Positions 57,874 through 64,000 of a stretch of DNA of 64,000 bases are shown here, piece by piece (the first letter of the stretch is position 1; each line of letters opens with the position of its first letter). Where the stretch lies: the NCBI GenBank assembly GCA_963665275.2, contig CAXXIN010000013.1, positions 32,001 to 96,000 of the forward strand, given 5' to 3'. Source of the DNA: Negativicutes bacterium. GTDB taxonomy: Bacteria; Bacillota; Negativicutes; UBA1444. The notes under the pieces were generated by a model, which worked only from the letters and a program-made list of their open reading frames with translations, did not search any database and was not told where the DNA came from. Both the position numbers and the translations under genes were made by a program.

Positions 57874-60504
57874 TTATCTTCCGCTATTATGTTGAGTTGT
57901 CAATTCCAATGATTTTTTACGATCGATTTGGGAATATCCCTGAATTAAATAATCCGACAATTGCCCGATTCTAAACTTGGTTGGATCCGAATCCCGTTTG
58001 TTTTCGTTGGCTGTCAACAATAGATCCAAAGCTACGGCAGTATAGATGGACGTATCCGACATGTGCATAACCAGGATCGCCCCTTTATTCACCTCACCGT
58101 TTTCAGTGTAAATCCCTTCCTTGAAGCGTTTTACAAGCTCGGCAACACTTTTCGCATCATAATCATGCGTACTATAAGAGCCTTGGACAATGAATTCAAA
58201 ACCAGCTTTGAAAACCGAGTCCACTCCATCTTTATTGATTGCCAGCTGTGGCGGTCGAAAGAAACGCGTCAATGAGTATTTACCGTTAACTGCCACGTCG
58301 CCTACCACGTCACGGAGTTTATGAAAGGAAGCTATCAGTTCCTGAACATATTCATCCCTGTTGTCCTGTGTTTTCACCTGTTTGCCGAGATTGGGATCCC
58401 GGACTGCCATGGGTTTGTGCTGATCCGAATGGTTGCCGATCTCATGTCCCTCCAACGCCATGGTCCTCAGTAGGTTGGGATTGTTCAGGACGGTTCTCGT
58501 GAGAATAAAGAACGTACCGAATACGTTATGCTTCCTGAGGACATAAAGCAGCTTGTTGATGGAAGCATCGGTTCCCCAGTCGTCAAAGGTCAGGAAAATG
58601 ACATTATCGCTAGCATGAACCAGTCCGCTCTTATCAAGGCGACGGGTTTCCATTTTAGAAAAATCGATGATTCGATCTTCGTCATTAACATCTATGTTCC
58701 CGATATAACGCTGGGACAGTTTGGTCACGAGACTTTTGTTTTCGCCTTCGAAAGCCGGAGTATCTTTCAGCAGCTGTGGCGGAACGTTCTTTAGGTCAAC
58801 GGGATAACGATAAAGAAATTTTTTGTTGCTGAGAAGGGTCCCCACAGGTTTGATCGTGTAACGGGAGTTATTGGACTTGTTATTTTCAGGGTTGTCATAA
58901 AACGTTGAATACGCGATATTATCAATTTTTTTGAGCTTGATAAGCTCTATTAAATTACCAACCAGCAAATTGTTGGTGTAATAATCCATCCGAAAATGCA
59001 CAATTTGGCCGCGGGCCAAAGAAAATAGGGACTTGGGAAAGATTTCATCAGCGACTTGGTCTGCTGTTGCATAATCTTTATGCTTGGTTTGAACCACGGT
59101 TACAGATTGCCCAATCATCACGCAACCCTGCGAGGAAACCGCCTGCATCGTCGCATCGGCAATCGCTCCGCCGGGCTGTTTCACCAGGTTGGTTTTGACT
59201 CCATATTGCGATTGCAGAACTTTGCGGCCAGAGAGTATCCGTTTTTCGACCTGATCCTGCGTTTCGCCCTCTTTAGGCCGTATCGCCAATCCAACTTCGT
59301 GCCCGCCTGCCAAGATCTGGCGAACAAGCTTCGGATACTGCTGCAATTCCAATTCTGTTACGAAGAACGTTCCAGCAACCTCCAATTGTTTCAAGCGATT
59401 CAGAACATCATTCACTACCGGTTCATTTGATAGTCCCGAAAACGAATAGGCTAATGCCGGTTCGGTTGTATAAATCATTTTGACTTCTTTATCAGGAAGG
59501 CCGATAATTTCCGCTGCGTATACTTTGCGAAGTGTAAACAAGCTCACTAACTCTTCATGGATAAAGTCAATCGCCTTGCCCACCGACCAACTTCCAGCCT
59601 TTGTTGTTGGGAATGAATCGACATAGACCGTCGCTATTTTCTCCTGAGCAAGTGCATTCAGCAGTTTTTCCACAGTCGCGACGATATCTTTTTCGCCCAC
59701 ATCCACAGGCTGCGCCAATACTTTCAAACCTGGCTGCTTGTCAATAGCCGGTTTTAAGTCGATTTTTCCTTTTTCATCGACAATCAGATCTGGATTAGGC
59801 TTCAATTTCACAGAGACAATACTGCCCGGGCGAATCTTATTGACGAAGCTTCGCGCCGCTTGGTCAGAATTCACATTTTTTGCGGTTACAAAAGTATCGC
59901 TCTTCACGACACTCTTGAAGCCGCAGGCTTTGGCCGCCTGCAATACTGGGTCTGTATATTTCGTATCGTTGGCTTTCAACAGATTAGGGCCATTATCCGA
60001 GGTCACCTTGATGATTTTTTGCGAGCGGCAAAAATCCTTTACCAAGCGTTCCGTCGGTAGCGTCTCCATTTTTGTCAACCCAATGAGGGTATAGTTTTCA
60101 ATCTTGTGGCCCGCTTTTCTGATATTCACAACGGTTTGAGGATCTTCAGCCGTTTGAATCCCATCAACAAAAAACGTAGCTTTGGCTTTATATTTGTCCA
60201 ATAAATCCAAAATTCTCTGCATCACGGCGCGATCCGTCAGTCCGTCGAACGTTAGAGCGATCTGGCGCTGATTGTCTGTGGCGCCGGTCGTAATCATTGC
60301 TTTCTCCGGATTCTTCTTCATGCGGTCCATCGCAGCAGCGATTTCGGCATCCGCATTATAGGCACTGCTCAAATCGGTTATATTTCGATATCCCCCGCCG
60401 GTCTGTTGCGTGAAATAACTTTTAAAGAAAAATACCCAACTCAAAGCCGCTACGATGAGCAGCACAACAAGCAACGAAATCACTTTTCCTCTCAAGCATA
60501 TCAC
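57874..60504 (-). CDS. Polysaccharide deacetylase with three tandem NodB/CE4 domains
   Basis: N-terminal TM; domain 1 LTFDGL/GHKIENYT; domain 2 YSFSGL/GHEVGLA; domain 3 LTFDDWG/GHEIGNHSDQH/FRPP/LVMH. Confidence 0.88.
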   Translation of the reverse strand: MICLRGKVISLLVVLLIVAALSWVFFFKSYFTQQTGGGYRNITDLSSAYNADAEIAAAMDRMKKNPEKAMITTGATDNQRQIALTFDGLTDRAVMQRILDLLDKYKAKATFFVDGIQTAEDPQTVVNIRKAGHKIENYTLIGLTKMETLPTERLVKDFCRSQKIIKVTSDNGPNLLKANDTKYTDPVLQAAKACGFKSVVKSDTFVTAKNVNSDQAARSFVNKIRPGSIVSVKLKPNPDLIVDEKGKIDLKPAIDKQPGLKVLAQPVDVGEKDIVATVEKLLNALAQEKIATVYVDSFPTTKAGSWSVGKAIDFIHEELVSLFTLRKVYAAEIIGLPDKEVKMIYTTEPALAYSFSGLSNEPVVNDVLNRLKQLEVAGTFFVTELELQQYPKLVRQILAGGHEVGLAIRPKEGETQDQVEKRILSGRKVLQSQYGVKTNLVKQPGGAIADATMQAVSSQGCVMIGQSVTVVQTKHKDYATADQVADEIFPKSLFSLARGQIVHFRMDYYTNNLLVGNLIELIKLKKIDNIAYSTFYDNPENNKSNNSRYTIKPVGTLLSNKKFLYRYPVDLKNVPPQLLKDTPAFEGENKSLVTKLSQRYIGNIDVNDEDRIIDFSKMETRRLDKSGLVHASDNVIFLTFDDWGTDASINKLLYVLRKHNVFGTFFILTRTVLNNPNLLRTMALEGHEIGNHSDQHKPMAVRDPNLGKQVKTQDNRDEYVQELIASFHKLRDVVGDVAVNGKYSLTRFFRPPQLAINKDGVDSVFKAGFEFIVQGSYSTHDYDAKSVAELVKRFKEGIYTENGEVNKGAILVMHMSDTSIYTAVALDLLLTANENKRDSDPTKFRIGQLSDYLIQGYSQIDRKKSLELTTQHNSGR

Positions 60505-60513
60505 CCCTTACAA

Positions 60514-61844
60514 TTATAGGCTCCAGTAAGAATATCCATGGTCTTCCATTGTTTGCTGGTCAAAGATATTCTTAACGTCGATAAGTACGGGTTGAGTGCT
60601 GCCGTCCTGCGGTTTAAACATCCGATCCAAATCTGCCAGCTGCAGCTCGGCAAACTGGCGATGCGCAACTAGAAACACCAAACAATCGGCGTTCACCACT
60701 TCGTGCAAGTCCACCAGCTCCGCATTCAATTCGGTGTGAAGCTCGTCGGCATCGATGAAAGGATCCGCAACTTTCACACGAAGGCCAAATGAACTGAGAT
60801 GCTTGAAAACATCTACCGCTTTGGAATTGCGCATATCGGGGACGTTTTCTTTGAATGTCAGTCCTAATATATATATATTGGCTTTACTGACATGCAGGCC
60901 CGCCAGAATCATCTTCTTGATGACTCTGTCCGCAACATAAAAGCCCATATCATCATTAATTTTACGGCCGGCTGCGATGATCTGCGAATGATATCCCAGT
61001 TTTTCAGCCTGATAGATGAAATAATAAGGATCAACGCCGATGCAGTGCCCGCCGACCAGCCCCGGATAGAACCCCAACGCATTCCATTTGGTGTTCATGG
61101 CTTCAATCACATCCAGGGTCTTTAGCCCCATCCGATCAAACACCATCGCCAATTCGTTCATAAATGCGATGTTAATATCGCGTTGGGCATTTTCAACCAG
61201 CTTAGCCGCTTCAGCCACCTTAATACTAGTGGCTTTGAAGATTCCCGCTGTAATGATTAATTCATAAATAGCAGCAATATCATTGCAGGTTTGTTCATCC
61301 ATCCCCGATACAATTTTTCGGATGTTTTCCAGCCTGTGAACTTTATCGCCGGGATTAATCCGCTCCGGCGAATAGCCAATTTTGAAGTCCTCACCACAGA
61401 CTAATTTCGACTTATTCTCCAGTATCGGAGCGCAAACTTCCTCGGTAACCCCGGATATACTGTCGATTCGAAGACAACGATGCAACCCGGGGATAGATTG
61501 GCCCCGACCATTTCACAAGCACTGATTACCGGCGCCAGATTCGGAGTTTTGTCTCCATTAACAGGCGTTGGTACAGCTACAATAATCACTTTGGCTTCTT
61601 TTAACCTGGCTGGATCTGTCGTAAACTCCAGCGTTGTTTGCTGCACTTTTTCATTACCGATTTCATTCGTCGGATCAACACCGTGCAAATACAGTTCAAT
61701 CTTTTCATGATTGACATCAAAACCAATGGTTTTTACTTTCTCAGCAAAGGCTACAGCCAGCGGCAATCCGACATAGCCTAGCCCGACCACCGCTAAATAT
61801 TCATGCCCATCCCGAACTCCAGCAAAGGTATTGACCATTTCCAT
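60514..61844 (-). pseudogene. UDP-N-acetylhexosamine 6-dehydrogenase (TviB/WbpO/CapL-like) split by a 1-nt deletion in a G run (real or sequencing error)
   Basis: GLGYVGLP and ESTVYPG in the 5' frame; VTEE, SPERINPGDK, GGHCIGVDPYY and FKENVPD in the 3' frame; adding one G at 61449-61452 gives 443 aa. Confidence 0.88.
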
Positions 61845-63730
61845 TAGAAAAAGGCTGTCAAGGAGCCCCACCAGGTTGATCCCGGCTCTCCTGTCGTTAT
61901 TTCATGCAAATTATAATATTCCAGTCCGCCAACCAGATTTTCCGCCAATGTGTAATAAATTCCAATACCCAGTCCCCTATAACCCTGCATCCACCCGCCT
62001 CTGCCATTCATACTCGGCGAAATGTAAGTATATCGCGGTTGCGAGTAATATCTGGCAAAAATGCCATAAGTCCCCGGTCTCCAGGTTTTTAACTGGCCAT
62101 AATTCAAACCAAACACATAACCAAAATTATTGCCCTGGCTATCTTTCTGGCTTGCAAGCAAAATCATCGAACCCAGGCTGAAATTGCTGAATTTGTATTC
62201 TCCGGCCAAATTCACAATTGTATTCTGTTTCTGAAGCTCCTCATTCATCTTATAGTTATAGACACCAGCTTCCAGATTATAATCCAAAGCTTCCTGCCGC
62301 GCAGTGGCGATAAAGCTCTGTGTCGTATAATCGGTGTTCCCAAAAGCAAACGTATACTTTACAGGTCCACCAAAAGTAACCCTGCCGCCTACGAACGTGC
62401 TATCATAAATATTTCCGTCGGCCATAAAATAACCAAACGACCCTGCCTGAATAGTTCCCCCTTTAATATTTCCCGTCGTACTTAAACGAAAGGTAACTGC
62501 GTCATTATAATTCAGAAAACTCTTTTCTCCTTCAAGCATCCCATTAAAACGCCAATCCTTATTAACCCATACTTCGGCTCCAACGCGGGCGCGAAGGCCG
62601 GATGTATTCTGTCCCCAGCTTTGGTACCCTTGATTGACAGCGTAATGATACCGAATGTTTCCATCGATCTTCACTTTGTTGATCGGACTCTTTTTCGCGT
62701 CTCCCACGGTCATCAAATCGTTCATGATACCTGAATAAGTGTCTGGGGTAAGGGCTTTGGGCGCACGTGCTGCAGGCGGGCTTGCCGCATAAGCATTCGG
62801 CGGCGCAGCCGGCTTAGTTGTGCCTTGCGGCGCTGCGGATTCTTTGGGTCCGGCGACATTTGTCTGACTCGGCAAGCTTGTCGCGCCACCGGTCGCTTGT
62901 CGGGTCGCGTTGACGTGGTTAACATCAACCGTGTCCATATACTTGGTCGTCAGTTTGGCAAGATCGTTTGAAAAATCAGCTTTGGCCTTTTCAATGTTCA
63001 ACTTCGGATTGCTATATATCCTACTTTTGATTTGCGCCATGTCATTGCCGAAAGCAGATCTCTGGTCTGGCAACAAAGTTGGGCTAAGGTTGGCAACGGT
63101 TTGATCAACTTCGCTATCAACAGTGACCTTGAATTTTATAACATTATTATTAGGTAAAGCCCCAATCTTCTCAGCAAGCTGTCTCATTTCAGCAGCAAAA
63201 TCAGCTTTTGCTTGCTGAGGCGTGGCTTGAACTGGAGCAGCTTTTTCGCTTGTCACCTTAGTAGCTCCGGCGCTGATCGCTGAATTTGGAGTTTTATTTT
63301 GACCTTTATCTGGAACTGTATTTTTCGCAACTACAACCTCACGCGATTCCACTTTGGGCATAAAAGCCGATGTGATTTGCGCAACATCATAAGAAAAGTC
63401 CGCTTTGGATTTTTCAATGTTCAATTTGGGATCGGCGTATATTTTATTTTTGATCCGCGTCATTTCGTTAGCAAAAATAGGGCGTTGGTCCGGCGGCAGG
63501 GTTGGGTTGAGTTTGGCAACCGTTTGATCAACTTCACTATCAAGCGTAACCTTAAATCTAATGACATTATTATTGGGCAACGCAACAATCTTCGACGTCA
63601 GTTGCGCCATTTCGTAGGCGAAATCCGCTTTATCCTGCGCATGAGCCGTCTGAATAAAAAAACCTTCAATCGATAGTCCGATTATACTTAGCATGAAAAA
63701 CAGTACTATGAGCTTTTTCCCCAACCGCAT
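61844..63730 (-). CDS. Exported protein: tandem 91-aa helical repeats, Pro/Ala/Thr linker and probable outer-membrane beta-barrel
   Basis: Signal peptide ending AHA-Q; aromatic/Gly-rich amphipathic strands from VKIDGNIRYHY; terminal Phe (WGSLTAFF). Confidence 0.72.
   Translation of the reverse strand: MRLGKKLIVLFFMLSIIGLSIEGFFIQTAHAQDKADFAYEMAQLTSKIVALPNNNVIRFKVTLDSEVDQTVAKLNPTLPPDQRPIFANEMTRIKNKIYADPKLNIEKSKADFSYDVAQITSAFMPKVESREVVVAKNTVPDKGQNKTPNSAISAGATKVTSEKAAPVQATPQQAKADFAAEMRQLAEKIGALPNNNVIKFKVTVDSEVDQTVANLSPTLLPDQRSAFGNDMAQIKSRIYSNPKLNIEKAKADFSNDLAKLTTKYMDTVDVNHVNATRQATGGATSLPSQTNVAGPKESAAPQGTTKPAAPPNAYAASPPAARAPKALTPDTYSGIMNDLMTVGDAKKSPINKVKIDGNIRYHYAVNQGYQSWGQNTSGLRARVGAEVWVNKDWRFNGMLEGEKSFLNYNDAVTFRLSTTGNIKGGTIQAGSFGYFMADGNIYDSTFVGGRVTFGGPVKYTFAFGNTDYTTQSFIATARQEALDYNLEAGVYNYKMNEELQKQNTIVNLAGEYKFSNFSLGSMILLASQKDSQGNNFGYVFGLNYGQLKTWRPGTYGIFARYYSQPRYTYISPSMNGRGGWMQGYRGLGIGIYYTLAENLVGGLEYYNLHEITTGEPGSTWWGSLTAFF
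62936..63631 (-). repeat. Intragenic duplication, two 273-nt units (63359-63631 and 62936-63208)
   Basis: KADFAYEMAQLTSKIVALPNNNVIRFKVTLDSEVDQTVA... versus KADFAAEMRQLAEKIGALPNNNVIKFKVTVDSEVDQTVA... Confidence 0.92.
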
Positions 63731-63813
63731 CGTTCGCACCGCCACCTTAATTTTACGTTAGTCATTTTGTTTTCGAATAATCGATATTCACAGCCCTGCA
63801 AAGGCTCTCATTT

Positions 63814-63999
63814 TTACCGGGTACCAGAAATGAATAGGTTTCGTCTGATAATCTTCCCTGCGTTGGCAGATTTATTGGGAATAGGTGTATTCACCGCTTC
63901 CGCAACGTCATCTGGTGACGCCATTTGGGCGGGAGTCACAATCACTTCATCAGGGATTGCCTCCGAAATGTCTGCGCATGCGTCTTTGGCGGTATCCCT
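63814..63999 (-). CDS. Probable 3' end of a gene starting beyond the window
   Basis: Open frame RDTAKDACADISEAIPDEVIVTP...RRNLFISGTR-stop at 63814; no recognisable motif. Confidence 0.4.
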   Translation of the reverse strand, partial: RDTAKDACADISEAIPDEVIVTPAQMASPDDVAEAVNTPIPNKSANAGKIIRRNLFISGTR

Positions 64000-64000
64000 C

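Noticed and set aside
1-64000. CRISPR arrays, tRNA/rRNA, IS elements, prophage or defence genes
   Set aside because: None recognised by eye; polX, mutY and sbcCD are ordinary repair genes

Overview
Gene-dense bacterial window with no rRNA, tRNA, CRISPR array or transposase. Firmicutes-type genes together with an outer-membrane barrel protein suggest a diderm Firmicute (Negativicutes, Sporomusaceae-like; inference). Left to right: partial MATE transporter; long FtsA-like ATPase with tandem beta-grasp-like repeats; GGDEF/HD-GYP enzyme and SDR; Trp T-box-controlled ECF transporter plus trpB2; glucan phosphorylase; PAS/GAF/HD-GYP enzyme; a housekeeping run (degenerate sigma54-type regulator, trmB, ftsW-like, mutY, PBP, polX, fhs, folD, amidohydrolase, cheR); a 92-aa stand-alone NrdD-type glycyl-radical domain; HD-GYP protein; a LytS/LytTR-korDABC-lhgO-DASS-glcDF cluster that looks like a 2-hydroxyglutarate/2-oxoglutarate utilisation module with a shared upstream motif; sbcCD (sbcC frameshifted); DUF2225; a GH13-MalQ fusion; and a more AT-rich exopolysaccharide operon built around a PilZ-fused hyaluronan-synthase-like GT2. 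Best candidates for undescribed biology: the PilZ-HAS-like EPS system, the 2-hydroxyglutarate module and the stand-alone glycyl-radical protein. All family calls come from motif recognition by eye; no searches were run.
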